From positions 90,706,001-90,770,000 of the forward strand of contig OX597816.1 in NCBI GenBank assembly GCA_951406725.2: a stretch of 64,000 nt of DNA, written 5' to 3'. Positions within the stretch are counted from its first letter, which is position 1. Each line of letters begins with the position of its first letter. The translations under genes were made by a program, and so were the position numbers. Positions 1-11,420 of the stretch are shown here, piece after piece. The notes beneath the pieces are model-generated. The model did not search any database. It saw only the letters and a program-made list of their open reading frames with translations, and was not told the origin of the DNA. Source of the DNA: Octopus vulgaris (taxonomy: Eukaryota).

Positions 1-150
1 AAAATCAGTCCCAATGTTGATTAGAGCACTCGGTACGATAAAAAATGAATCACCCATAAGAAGAATATTAAGGAACACAATATCTTACAAAACAAGACAG
101 CTCTACTACACGCATACTATTTAAGACAACTTCAAGTCAACAGTACAACC
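1..150 (+). mobile_element. Degenerate 3' end of R4/Dong-like non-LTR retrotransposon
   Basis: Translates to PMLIRALGTIK followed by a KTALL-like stretch, resembling the IPVIVGALGMIKK...QKIVLTGT C-terminus of the better-preserved copy at 8701-8943. Confidence 0.5.
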
Positions 151-427
151 CAGACTGCAGTCTTTGTACAGTGCATATACTCTGTAAGGCAACAACTGAA
201 TAAAATAGCACAACTTACATCGTACCAGAAGAAGCACTAAAACAGTATATCAAGCAACATACCAATGCAAAAACTGACTTAGATTATAATATAGATTCCC
301 AAAAGACACTGTTGTTCGTAATTCAAAACACAAAAATGTACCTGGTGAGAAGAGAAGGGCGGTAGAAGTATAACATTGTTGAAAACACAGTAACATATAA
401 TTATGGTGATGGTGCTAAGACCCGAAT

Positions 428-428
<1 letters not shown>

Positions 429-481
<53 letters not shown>
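429..481. repeat. (TAC)n microsatellite
   Basis: Direct reading. Confidence 0.97.
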
Positions 482-529
482 AAGTTTTCGTGGTTGTTTA
501 GTATACTGCACTGTTATGCCACGGGCATG

Positions 530-830
530 TTTAATGATCTCCTAAACAATCCATAACCAATACTGAGATGGCTTTCAGAGATGGGACGATAGATAATCTA
601 AGAATCGCTCCACCACTTGTGCATCAATATCCCAAAATGATATCAACAGGATATTTAAAGATTATAGAAAACAAACAAATAAACAAACAAACAAAAACGT
701 AATTCCTGTAGAGTAGTGTGGGTGTGTGCCCAACTCCTATGGGACAATCAGTCAGCTCCTTGTTAACAAGAGGGTACTGAATAATGTGAAGGCACATAAA
801 AAGGATATGCTGTGTGTATTCTCCACCGAC
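530..830 (+). mobile_element. Degenerate R4/Dong-like reverse transcriptase fragment
   Basis: From ~705 reads PVE*CGCVPNSYGTISQLLVNKRV, matching the EQKGC..S.G..DQLLINK region of R4-clade RT. Confidence 0.55.
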
Positions 831-1099
831 TAGCAAACTTAAGCAGATACGTTTTTAAGTCAACAATATCAGAAATGAAAATAGAACACAAATAACAAAC
901 TTGTTACACAAGTAAAAAACAAGTAAAAAACACAAAACAAACAACAAAATTAAAACACTCGAACATCAAACACAATGCCTCACCAAATACATGCAAAACG
1001 AAGTAAATAGTAAAACACAAGAGAACCAAACAATAGAATACATACAGAATACTGGTCAACAAAACTATAAATAAACAGGAATACGAAAAAGGTTTAACA

Positions 1100-2700
1100 G
1101 GCTATTCTAAATGTGAAACCATGGATATGACAATCTAAAGGAAGAAATAATTAAAGATTAAAAACAAAACTTATTCCTATGGAATATCGAAAGTATCTTG
1201 TAAAAATGAAACTTACTGATAAAAAAGCAACAAAAATAAAAACGCAAAGATAACCTTCAAAAGTTTATTAAAAACGACCAGGAACATTTATATTACTCAT
1301 TTAAACGAAATAATATATACTATAAGTACATTATTTCAAAAAGTCAGTAATCCTTCAATTCTATTCAACTAAGAACATAAGCAAACTACAGGGAAAGAAG
1401 CACAGAAAATAAGAGAAAAGATCTCTCAATCCTTACTTAAATCAATACTAAAATATCGCAACAGAAAAAATTAAAGGCAAATACATAAATATGATATAAC
1501 AAAAATGCTTTTCCAAATAAAAGAACGCTTGAATAATTAAAAGGCCCTCGTTGAATTGTAAGGAATCCGCTGTTATGAAAGCGATAACGATTCTTTGAAT
1601 AATACAAACAATCCAACTTCAAGCCAAAACGATAGTATCAAAAAATTGGTAGAAATAAATAGAAGTCAATGTTGCGTCAACGGCAAGAAAAGTAAAGGGG
1701 TTCTAGGGTAAGTACGGGAGGTGAGGAAATGATCACGAAAGAGAGTGTTGAAAACAACGAACGAACACATTTTCGGAAAATCTCTGGAGCCATAACAACA
1801 GAAGTCGCCTAGACGTTAGGAAAAAAACAAAAAAAGAATACCATAAAAAACCCCACAACAACACAGTCTCACACCAAGATTTGATAAAATCCCAAATTTC
1901 TGGTTAAAATATTTAACAGATACGCATAAGGTGCTAGCAGAAGTGTTAAGTTACTGGGAAAGCGGAAAGGAAATCCGACCGGCTCACAAAGAGTAAACCT
2001 ATTTGAATACCCAAGAGTAGAAGTATAGAGCCATTACAGCCTACGAGTCTATAAATGCGATTATACTGCAGGGAATAAGTAAATATCTGGAAAACGTTAC
2101 ACCTGTTTCTAGAGGAACAGAAAAGGTATTTCAAAAGTTCATATATGTATAAAGATCAGTTACTGATCAACTAAAACACAACCGAAGATTACAGAAGGTG
2201 AACGAAGGTTTGAGTATTGCATAAATTGGCTACAAAATGTGAGTGGATCTTAGAAACATCACTAATAATAAGCAGATGAATTAAATACGTCATGAGAAAA
2301 TAACAAGCAATTCTGCAGATACAGACAAAAGGGAAATTATGAACTAACTCTGTCTCCAATAGAAGAGGAAATATTCTAAGGAGACTCCTCTCTATTTTTT
2401 TAATCTATAAATAAAAGTGAACTCGGACACAAATGGAACAGGAAAGCGATATTTTCTATATGCAGATGATAAATAATTAGAAACACGTCAAAGTGAGTAC
2501 ACAAATTTAGAAAAATCTTTTTCATCTTCAAGTCAACAGTTACAAGACAGACTGAAATAACAGATAGGGACATGTGAGGAGAGGGGAGATGCAACAGGAA
2601 TTTTAAAAAGCTGAAACAAGAAAAACTAATCTTAAAATTGAGTTATAGAGTACTATGTTAAAACCTGAAAAAAATTTAACACTGTGTAGATAGACAAAGT
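1100..2700 (+). mobile_element. Degenerate R4/Dong-like LINE, RT region
   Basis: Frameshifted motifs in the expected order: DKIPNFWLKYLTDTH (~1883), EEQK..FKSSY.YKDQLLIN (~2112), LSIA*IGYK (~2210), RG..*GDS (~2365), LYADD (~2455). Confidence 0.7.
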
Positions 2701-2949
2701 AAAACCGTGAACTGGTTGGAGTATTACGTATAGTACTGTTGATACAACAGAAAATACAAGTTTATAAATCAAACAAAAAACTCTACACATTCCTTATGCT
2801 CATGTATCTGCGCTCGGTAGTGCAGTTATTGCACGTGATAAAAATAAGCTACTGAATGATAATGGAGTTGATGATGAAAACAATGGCGATAATGATAATG
2901 ATGATGATTTTGAGAATCATGAATCGTAGTGTGCTTTTACAGAGAGGAT

Positions 2950-4690
2950 GGGATACACTTACCAGATTGACAGAGGATGAAAGACACAGAGAACGGTAAA
3001 CTATGTAAAAGAGTGAGGAGGGGAAGCAATCGCATTTGAACAGCGTTGAATCCTGGCTGATAGAAGTGAAAAACGAAGAATTTTACGGACATTGCATTGA
3101 AAAATAAGATTATATTGAAAAACTAAAATGGTACAGAGGAATAGGGCTTGGCCAATTTATGAAGCGAAAAGTGAAGCAGATAAGTATGCACCGTTAGAAA
3201 GAATGGAGAGGAAAATCAGCGGTACAAATATGTGCAGTAGAAGATAAATCACTATGAACTAATTATGTGAAATATCACATCGGTTAAAGTATAGAATCAG
3301 TAGACTAAAAAGTGAAGCAGTGAATTACATTGTGAGTGCAGTACACAAGCACGAATGAAATATAACACTGCCAGGATTGTGTACCGAAAGTTATGCAGGA
3401 AACAAGCTCCACAGAAAAGAGAATTGGTGTGTGCTTGTCTCAGTCGTAGACTGATGTGAAGCAACTTTAGGACTTCAACTTTCACTGTGATCACGAAATA
3501 TTATATGAGACAAGACTTGCTATTGAATTGTTGAAAGATAAAACATGTACTATTGGATAAATGATTATCAACACCCGGACATAACAGGGTAAGTGAAAAG
3601 GAAAAGATTGAGTAGTATCAAAATTTGAGGAGAGAAACTGCTTTTTTGTGCAGACTGGTGAAATTGATGCCGTTTAATGTTCCGTTTAAACTGTTGCAGG
3701 CCAACATTTGCAGGAAAGCCATGAGTAGGGAAATGATTTCGGTGGGAAGACGATCTAGAGAGGAAGGACTGAGCATAATGTTTAGAGGTGTAGGGGTTGG
3801 GACACAATAAAAGTTATGAGAGGTGGAGACACAAATAGATCGGGGTGACTGAATAGGTAAGGTGCGAGATCAGAGAGGTGATGTTAACTGATAGAATGAA
3901 AAGGTAAAGTTCCCGGAAACAGAAGACAATGACGCGAGCAGAACATTTTATACAGAAATTGTTTTCACTGTACTGAAAAGTATCGTGATCAGAAATCGTT
4001 TCAGTGGCTGAAAATGGGAATATTGAAAAAAGAGACTATAGGATTGATTGTAGATGCACAGGAACAAGCCGTCACAAATAATGTAAATAAAGAAAACGTC
4101 TCGGCTGTATATAGAATGTGTGGTGAAAAGAAGAGATGGTTACATATGAAAAATGCTTCTCAGAGAATGAATAACTGGAAACAAGGTAAAGTTGTCACTA
4201 TCATACACTTGCAAGTCTGCATAAACTTTGAATTCGAACATGTACTAAAAATGGTATGACCATATAACAGAACATGTTCTTGAAACGGATATGCAAAGGT
4301 ACTATGAGATATGGAAATTCAACTGGATAGGCAAGTAGAATATTCACACCTACATATAATCATACTCAAGAAACAGGACAGAATTTGTTGCTTAATTAAT
4401 GTTGTTTACTTGTTTCATACAAGAGTAGAAGAATAGAACGTGAGAAAATAAAATACTAGGAACTAAAATTTGAACTCCAGTGAGTCTGGAATTGTAATAA
4501 AGTTATCATTAACCTAACTGTAATAGGAGCCTTAGAAACTGTTGCAAGAAGTTTGAATGGCTGGCTGAAAACACGGAGATGAATTTCCTTATACCACAGA
4601 AAGCCTGTTTAGGACTATAAGGATGGTACTAGATACCTAAGGTTGAGGGATGCAACTTAATATCTAGTTATCTAATACCATGAAAAATCA
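2950..4690 (+). mobile_element. Degenerate R4/Dong-like LINE (C-terminal zinc knuckle/RLE clear from ~3990; upstream part less certain)
   Basis: WLKMGILKKETIGLIVDAQEQAV..YRMCGEK (ORF 4014-4259), then L*DMEIQLDRQVEYSH..II and VIGALETV, in the same order as in the 8885-10186 ORF. Confidence 0.65.
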
Positions 4691-4759
4691 GAAGCAAAAA
4701 CAAAAACGAAATGATTAGTGAACGAAAATAAACACCACCACCACCACCACTACTACTAA

Positions 4760-4925
4760 TAGTTTCAAATTTTGGCACTAGGCCTGCAGTTTTGTGGAGC
4801 AGAGATAAGTCACGGGCATCTGCCCCTGTACTTGACGGCGCTTTATTTTATTGACCCGAAAAGATGAGAAGTATGGTTGATTTTGGCGAGATTTGAGCTC
4901 AGAATGTAAAGATTCTGCTAGTTTG
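4760..4925 (-). mobile_element. Degenerate Meta-domain-like tRNA SINE
   Basis: Diverged reverse complement of the SINE at 50252-50465 (ttttattgacccgaaaagatgagaag...gatttgagctcagaatgtaaag). Confidence 0.65.
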
Positions 4926-5064
4926 CATAATAATTGATTTACAAATAACTGACCATTCCATAGTTTATTTTCCGTTCACCTAGATCATTAGACAATGTAT
5001 ACCTGAAGCAGTAATGAAACACAGTCATAGAAATTGGTAAAAACTGAACTAGGCTATCAAAGCT

Positions 5065-5405
5065 GGGAAGTTGAATGGCCCAGTGGTTAGAGCGTCGGGC
5101 TCACAATCATGAGGTAGTGAGTTTGATACTCGGACTGGGCTGTGTGTTGTGTTCTTGAGCAAGACACTTTATTTCACGTTGCTCCGGTCCACCAGCTGTA
5201 GAAATGAGTTGCGATGTCACTGGTGTCATGCTGTAACGGTCTTTTCCTTTTCCTTGGATAACATCGGTGGTGTGACGTGGGGAAGCATGTACGCATCGGC
5301 GGCTGATAGTCTTCCATAAACAACCATGCCTAGACTTGTGCCAAGAAAAGGGAACTTTCCAGGTGTAATTCCACGGTTATTTACCGAAGTGGATCTTTTC
5401 CCTTT
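5065..5405 (+). mobile_element. tRNA-derived CORE-like SINE
   Basis: A box tggcccagtggttag, B-box-like gagtttgatactc, CORE-like tgtgttcttgagcaagacactttatttcacgttgctcc...agctgtagaaatgag; same family as 10749-11078. Confidence 0.85.
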
Positions 5406-5684
5406 ATTAAAGCTATCATTTTACCCAGAAAAATATGTTAGGACCATATTCTAAAAATAATACGCAATTGGCGATGTGATGGTACAGCATATAAACAAGA
5501 CTGACGGTAACTACCAGCATTGTTTTGGGTTCTTATATCTTTTGATTGAGCTGCAACGGTATCGTTTTGTCATATATTGCTTGTTTTAGATCTGGCGGAG
5601 TTCATCCTTATTCAGGTCAGAGCACAACCTATTTCTTACAGAAAGAGAATCAGACTTATAGAGACAAAAATCTGTTCTAGTGAA

Positions 5685-5826
5685 AAACTGGTGGTATATT
5701 TATCGATCCTAGAGATGAAAGGCAAAATTAACTGGCGTTCAGCTTGAATTCAAAGCATAAAGAACTGGAGTAATTGTCGCAAAGCAATCGACCTCACACT
5801 CTAACGACTTTGCCCACTTGCCACTT
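5685..5826 (-). mobile_element. Degenerate Meta-domain-like SINE
   Basis: tttatcgatcctagagatgaaaggcaaaa...ctctaacgactttgcccacttgccac is a diverged reverse complement of the SINE head and body. Confidence 0.6.
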
Positions 5827-5889
5827 AATCCCCCAGTATAAGAATTTAATCTAAAAACTTAAATTTGGCTACTAAAAGGGATCCAAGTG

Positions 5890-7000
5890 TACCAGGAAGA
5901 AAGGAGAAAAAATATTAGGAAGAATTCTGTAGAATGATCCGAAACGCTTTTCACAGTAAGCTCATTTTAGAAGCACTATAAAAGTAAACAGTTACAGTTT
6001 TTCTGTAAACAGAAGGATATAGAAGACAGCCCCATTTCAACACCACAGATTTCACAATAATGTAGCAAGTGAGGCAAGGGAAACAGAGCAGCACAAACAG
6101 CAACAAAGGGTAGTGTAAAATGTAAATAAAGCCAACGAAAAGAAAACAATGTAAAGAAACCTTTGTACAGAGAGTATCTCTTCCCAACTAAACAAAGAAG
6201 CTTGCGACGCATACATCATGCGCATATTGGCTGACATTCCTAAGTATTAATAATACAGAAACAGGAAGTGATAGTTGCAGGACACAATCAACACTTCAAC
6301 ACCGAACACTACAAGAAAATAATCTTGAAATATTCGGAAACTCTAAATGCCGCATGTGCAGACAATTTGATGAGATATTTAATCATGTACTTTACATGAT
6401 ATCCAATGTTACCTGACATTGAGTTCTGGCGCAGTCATAACAGATCAGCTGGATACCCACAAAATACAATGTGTAAACACTACTAGATCTTATCGTGATG
6501 GCATTGTATAACTATTTAGTATAAGGCATTGTATAACTATTTAGTATAAGAGAGTGAAAGGGTGACAAGGAGAAGGAGATGTGAGGGAATGTGAGAAAAA
6601 GTGCGTGCGTGTACCAGAGAGCGCGATAGAGAGGAGAGAGAGAAAGGGAGAAAGAGAGGGTGAGAAAGAGGGAGATAGATAGAGTGATAGAGATTAACTG
6701 AAATATCAATAATCGAGCATAAAAATATGCATATTGGCCATAAATAGCTGCAAACCGCACGACGGTAACGATAACATGCACCTTAATTAGTACGTTATGT
6801 ATAATCGGCAAAACATTGAAATTGAGGAGACACGGAGATAAATGATACTGAACATTTTGGGCAGGAAACCAAGAATAGTATCCGTATAAGTTTGATCACT
6901 GGATGTTCTAAACAGGAATACCCGAAAGAATAGAATTTCTAAGGCAAATCAACAATACAAGAATTTAAGAAGAAAGATATTAGAGATATATAAATATAGC
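5890..7000 (+). mobile_element. Degenerate R4/Dong-like LINE 3' half, interrupted by GA-rich simple repeat
   Basis: KPLYREY (~6157), VIVAGHNQHFNTEHYKKIILK (~6268) and KCRMCRQFDEIFNHV (~6344) parallel KPLHGKY / FILAAQDQSLSTRNY / KCRFCNDMIETVDHL of the young copy. Confidence 0.65.
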
Positions 7001-7170
7001 CGAATTGTACAGAAACTATAAATATATCTGTGAATATATATTTCTACGCAAATTACAGTGATTCATTCATTCTATCTATCTATCTATCTATACCTGCGCA
7101 TATACGTATATGTATACCGGCGCATCTATGTACATGTACACCTGAGCATATGTATGTATATATATATATA

Positions 7171-7558
7171 CTAGCAGTATCACCCGGTGTTGCTTGGGTT
7201 TGTTTCGACCCTTTAAAATTGGAATTTTTGAAAAGTAAAAATTTTGCATTATGCATCTTCTTATTCTCTTCAAGTGAACATTTTCCAGTTGAAATACACC
7301 GAAAAATGGTGACACAGCAGTCAAAAATCGTAAAAAATAGGGATTTTCATAGAAAAAAAGCACCTTTTTGATGTAAATAATTTTTGGTGTTAACAGGGTC
7401 CGATTTGAATTTTGTCTTCTACAGAATGAAGAGCAAGCCTTCTTCTATCATACTCTCAATTTTGGTCAACTTGCGCTGCGGGGTCTCGAAGAAGATAGTG
7501 TTAGTTGAAGGCTACCAAACCTGCCACACACAGACAACTTCAGCTTTATAACAATAGA
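7171..7558 (-). mobile_element. Non-autonomous Helitron
   Basis: Minus strand starts A|TCTATTGTTATAAAGCTGAAGTTGTCTGTGTG and ends with hairpin ACCCAAGCAACACCGGGT, 7 nt, then CTAG|T: canonical Helitron termini at an A|T site with no TSD. Confidence 0.8.
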
Positions 7559-7607
7559 TTTGCTACACACTACTTTCCATCCTTAATAATGAAACTTGGT
7601 AGATCCA

Positions 7608-8234
7608 AAAGTTAAACACACAGACACACACACAGACACACAAGTTGAGTTTTATATATATAGATTTCTCAACGGGGATTTCAGGGGAGAGTTTCAAGGA
7701 GTCGCTGGCGATGTATCGTGATGTCAAACTGCAGACTCAACGCAAAATGGTCACATTTAGTTCAAAGCGTTAAAAATGTTATGAAAACAATTGGTATGTG
7801 TTCACAAAGTCCAAACGATTAATACGAAAAACCCCTCCAGGCTACATCCCGAAAATTCATTTCTTTGCCGAATTTCTACAATGCTTACGGCGATTCGTTT
7901 TTATATCTTGATTTTTAATTTTTCATGCAATTTACGCATGCTTGCACGCGTGGTGAACACAGTTCACGTCAAACAGCTGACTGAGTAAAGTTCACTATTC
8001 AATGCATGGGATAAGGCCTAAACAAACACATTATCGATTTTTGCACTTGCGAGATGAATTTCGGAACAGAAATAGCGCAGTTCAATTTTCATTCGCCTAA
8101 ACTTTAAGTGACCCATTTTTGGTGGTTCTACGATTTGTTGGCTAGGAGGAGATGTGCCGGAAAGTTAAACACACAGACACACACACAGATACACACACAG
8201 ACACACAAGTTGAGTTATATATATATATATATAG
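7608..8234 (-). mobile_element. Two additional Helitron-type 5' ends (direct repeat 7608-7664 / 8161-8234) flanking ~500 bp of non-repetitive-looking sequence
   Basis: aaagttaaacacacagacacacacacaga..cacacaagttgagtt(ta)n occurs twice; the first reads A|TCTATATATATAAAACTCAACTTGTGTGTCTG on the minus strand. Confidence 0.6.
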
Positions 8235-8400
8235 TAAATCCAAAATAAGAAGAAAAAACACAAAAAACAACGCGAGGACGTGGTAGATGTAAAGTATTAT
8301 CAGATGCTCAGGGGAGGAAAGAAAGATGGCTTAGCGTTTCGAGCACCGCTCCTCTTCAGAAATAGAGGAAAGTCCAATAGAAAGGAAGACGGGGGAAGCT
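8235..8400 (-). mobile_element. Penelope-like pseudo-LTR 3' fragment with hammerhead-like motif, ending in (TA)n
   Basis: Minus strand CTGAAGA-G-GAGC-GGT-GCTC-GAAA-CG; downstream ccacgtcctcgcgttg...tttggattt(TA)n shared with 38400-38585 and 48944-49010. Confidence 0.6.
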
Positions 8401-8525
8401 ACATTACTCCAAAATATGAGAAACAAATTGTGACTCTAGTATGAGAAGAAAGAGTAAGGAAAACAAATATATTATTATCATTAATAATATTGTTATTGTT
8501 ATTATCATTATTATTATTATTATTA

Positions 8526-10238
8526 CTTTTTTTTTCTTCTTTCAAATTTTCTTCCATTTCTTGCCGAGTGTCTTCCCGACTCCTAGGGCAAAGAAACTCA
8601 TAGTGTATATTGGTAGGCCATTAAACCAAACTCAGTAGTTCGTTAATTTTTTTTTTTTTTTTTTAAAGTTAAATTAAAATGCATGAGCAAGCAACAGTTC
8701 TCACATCGACAATGCTCTTCTCAATACGTGTGATGTACCAGTTAAGACAATCTTTTGCACTTCTTGCAGGGATGGTAAGCCAGGGATCATTCTCATATAA
8801 TTTTCGGTTCCCTTCTTGATCATTCCTAGTGCTCCTACGATCACTGGTATTGTAACCGCCTTGAGATGCCACATTTTCTCAATTTCAATGGTCTTTATAT
8901 TTTCTGAGCTTGTCAAACTCTTTCGCTGAGATATTATGATCACAGGGGATGCTCATGTCGATCAATAAGCAAACTTTATTGTTTTGGTCTTTCACAACAA
9001 TATCTGGTTTATTGGCTTTGATGGTTCGGTCTGTATGTACTGGAAAGTCCCACAGAATGGTTACATTTTCTCCTTCAGTTACAGCCTCAGGGTGGTGATT
9101 ATACCACTTGTCGGCAGTTTTGATATTGTAATGCCGACTTATTAGCCAGTGGAGATATTGGCCAACTCTCTCATGTCTTAATTTATACTCCATTGGTGCT
9201 AAGACTTTACATCCAGAGATTAGGTGGTCCACTGTTTCAATCATGTCGTTGCAGAATCGGCATTTTGGGTCTGCTCCATTTTTCATCACATTGGCCTGGT
9301 AGTTCCGGGTTGATAGGCTTTGGTCTTGAGCAGCCAGGATGAAACCTTCGCTCTCTGCTTTTAGCCCTGAGCTCCGCAGCCACTGATGGGTTTGCTTCTG
9401 GTCAACATCAGCTTGTTTGCTGCGGGTCACATATTTGCCGTGCAGAGGTTTCTCCTCCCACCTATCAGCCAATTGCTCGTGCGCTTTTTTCATTGCCATC
9501 ATTTTCACCTTCTTTGCAACAATAGTTGCCGTACTTCCCTCGGGTTGTTCAGTTTGGGTATCCTGCACGAGATCAATAGCAAATTTTTTGCTTTCCTTGA
9601 TGATAGAATGAAGCTTCTTTCGTCTCTCGTGATTTTCCACGAGCTTTAGCATCCAGTCATTCGATATTTCGAAATATTTGGCCAGTCCAATTGTGGTTGT
9701 TTTGTAAGCTAGTTCAAATTGGATCAGGCCTCGACCTCCTTGGGCTCTGGGAAGGTAAAGGCGATCTACGTCTGCCTTTGGGTGGTGCATCCTATTACAA
9801 CTCAGCAGATTGCGTATTTTTCTATCTATATTCTTTACTTCACTCATATTCCAGTTCAACACATTGTAGCTATAAGTAACAACTGGAACTGCTAGGGAAT
9901 TTATAGCTAACACCTTGTTACGTGCATTTAGTTCAGATTTCAGGACTGCACGAACTCTCCTATAACATTCCTTCCTGATTTTCTCTTTCATGCTTGCATG
10001 CTGAATACCAGAGCCTTCATTTATCCCTAAATATTTGTATGTTTGTTCTTGCTCAAGCTCTCTTATGACTGTGTCAACATCTAACACGACTGAATTTGTG
10101 GTCTTCACTTTCCCTTTCTGGAAAGTGGCCTTGGCACACTTCTCAAGTCCAAACTCCATCCCGATGTCATCGCTGAATGATTTCACGGTGCGAAATAGGC
10201 CTTCAAGTTCATTATTGTCTTTACCATAAAGTTTTAAG

Positions 10239-10240
<2 letters not shown>
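8526..10240 (-). mobile_element. Young 5'-truncated R4/Dong-clade non-LTR retrotransposon (RT C-terminus, CCHC knuckle, RLE, 3' UTR, (AAT)n tail)
   Basis: Starts at DLKLYG (end of the RT catalytic motif) directly after (AAT)n; near-intact coding sequence; the A-rich 3' UTR runs into an (AAT)n-rich tract at 8470-8525. Confidence 0.92.
8701..10240 (-). pseudogene. R4/Dong ORF remnant: RT thumb, zinc knuckle and restriction-like endonuclease, one frameshift near 8888
   Basis: ORF 8885-10186 has DIGMEFGLEKC, YKYLG, RLYLPRAQGGRGL, CRFC-x8-H-x4-C, RHE, ILWD, NKPDIVV..LIDMSIP and KLRKYKD; it continues in another frame as IEIEKMW..IPVIVGALG..LRRALSM*. Confidence 0.92.

Positions 10241-10282
<42 letters not shown>
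10241..10282. repeat. (ATT)n microsatellite
   Basis: Direct reading. Confidence 0.97.
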
Positions 10283-10747
10283 GAGTGAGAGAGCAGTTCA
10301 TGCCATCAAAGTGACACTGGGGTAAAATATACGAAGCCCAATATACCCATCATGACTACCCGTCTGATAAAGGTACACCAGGCACATGCATCACAACCAC
10401 ATGTGCGCGACATGGTGATCTCATATCAAGATAAACAACACATGACCTTGCAGGTGGGGCCCAGTTAGAATTTTCTTCAGGTTCAGTTGCCCATCCTGCT
10501 CAAACGGTCCCTGAATAAGGGTTGCTTTAGGATGTTGAACGAACCACCTATGTTTCCAGAGGTGAACCATTCAAACTCCAAACAATCCCTCTCAACACAT
10601 GGCTATGATGCTCCCCCACTACTTCTGCTCGTGATCAGAGATGCACATATCGTCAGCCACTAAGGGACATGGTTAACTGGTTAAGGTCAAACAACTGACA
10701 AGCAAATCTGTGGTATTGAGCAGAATATTTGCTGTAGCCCATCTTTT
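10283..10747 (-). mobile_element. Unclassified (AAT)n-tailed retroposon-like repeat
   Basis: GC-richer 465-bp block ending ctctctcactc(AAT)n on the minus strand. I recall it as an abundant octopus repeat; no ORF is recognisable. Confidence 0.5.
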
Positions 10748-10748
10748 G

Positions 10749-11078
10749 GTCCCCCTTCGGTCACGACACTGACCATGGGATTGCACCTAGAAAGTTACCC
10801 TCCTAGTCACAAGTCTGGGCAAGGTGGTTTATGGAAGACCAGCAGTCACCCATGCATACCGGCCTCCCCTCTCCACGCCACCAGTGTTATCCAAGGGAAA
10901 GGCAAAGGGGCCGATACAGCTTGGCACTTGTGACGTCGCAACTCATTTCTACAGCTGAGTTAACTGGAGCAACGTGAAATAAAGTGTCTTGCTCAAGAAC
11001 ACAACACGCAGCCCGGTCCGGGATTCGAGCTCACAACCTCACGATCGTAAGCTCGACGCTCTAACCACTGAGCGAGCC
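10749..11078 (-). mobile_element. tRNA-derived CORE-like SINE
   Basis: Minus strand ggctcgctcagtggttagagcgtcgagcttacgatcgtgaggttgtgagctcgaatcccggaccggg (A and B boxes), then the CORE-like block; homologous to 5065-5405. Confidence 0.88.
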
Positions 11079-11129
<51 letters not shown>

Positions 11130-11150
11130 GTAATAATAATAATGATAATA

Positions 11151-11208
<58 letters not shown>
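11079..11208. repeat. (AAT)n microsatellite
   Basis: Direct reading. Confidence 0.97.
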
Positions 11209-11209
11209 G

Positions 11210-11360
11210 TTTTTCAAGTGCTTAAGACCCCACCCCAAGATTTTCTTAAGCACTTGAAAGATTATTGAAAGCTTGTGGATAGCTAAGATTACAGGTAGTA
11301 ACCTGCAACCCACATAAATTCTACCAAAAATAAGAATGAACCTGAGTCAAATCCATAATA
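11210..11360 (+). mobile_element. Short R4/Dong-like 3' UTR fragment between two (AAT)n tracts
   Basis: caggtagtaacctgc...aaatccataataat resembles the 3' end at 13490-13550 (caggtagcaaattac...aaatccatgataa). Confidence 0.45.
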
Positions 11361-11369
11361 ATGATGATG

Positions 11370-11419
<50 letters not shown>

Positions 11420-11420
<1 letters not shown>

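Noticed and set aside
6500-6550. 25-bp tandem duplication ggcattgtataactatttagtataa
   Set aside because: Simple slippage duplication inside a dead LINE.
9386-10229. Plus-strand ORFs overlapping the R4/Dong ORF
   Set aside because: Antisense shadows of the retrotransposon coding sequence.
11010-11078. tRNA-like sequences here and at 5070, 19700, 33582 and 50252
   Set aside because: They are SINE heads running into SINE bodies, without a closed acceptor stem or terminator; not called as tRNA genes.
10989-11313. Poly-Ile/poly-Leu ORFs (also 11854-12099, 13430-13687, 14295-14969, 49788-50078)
   Set aside because: Translations of (AAT)n/(GAT)n microsatellites.
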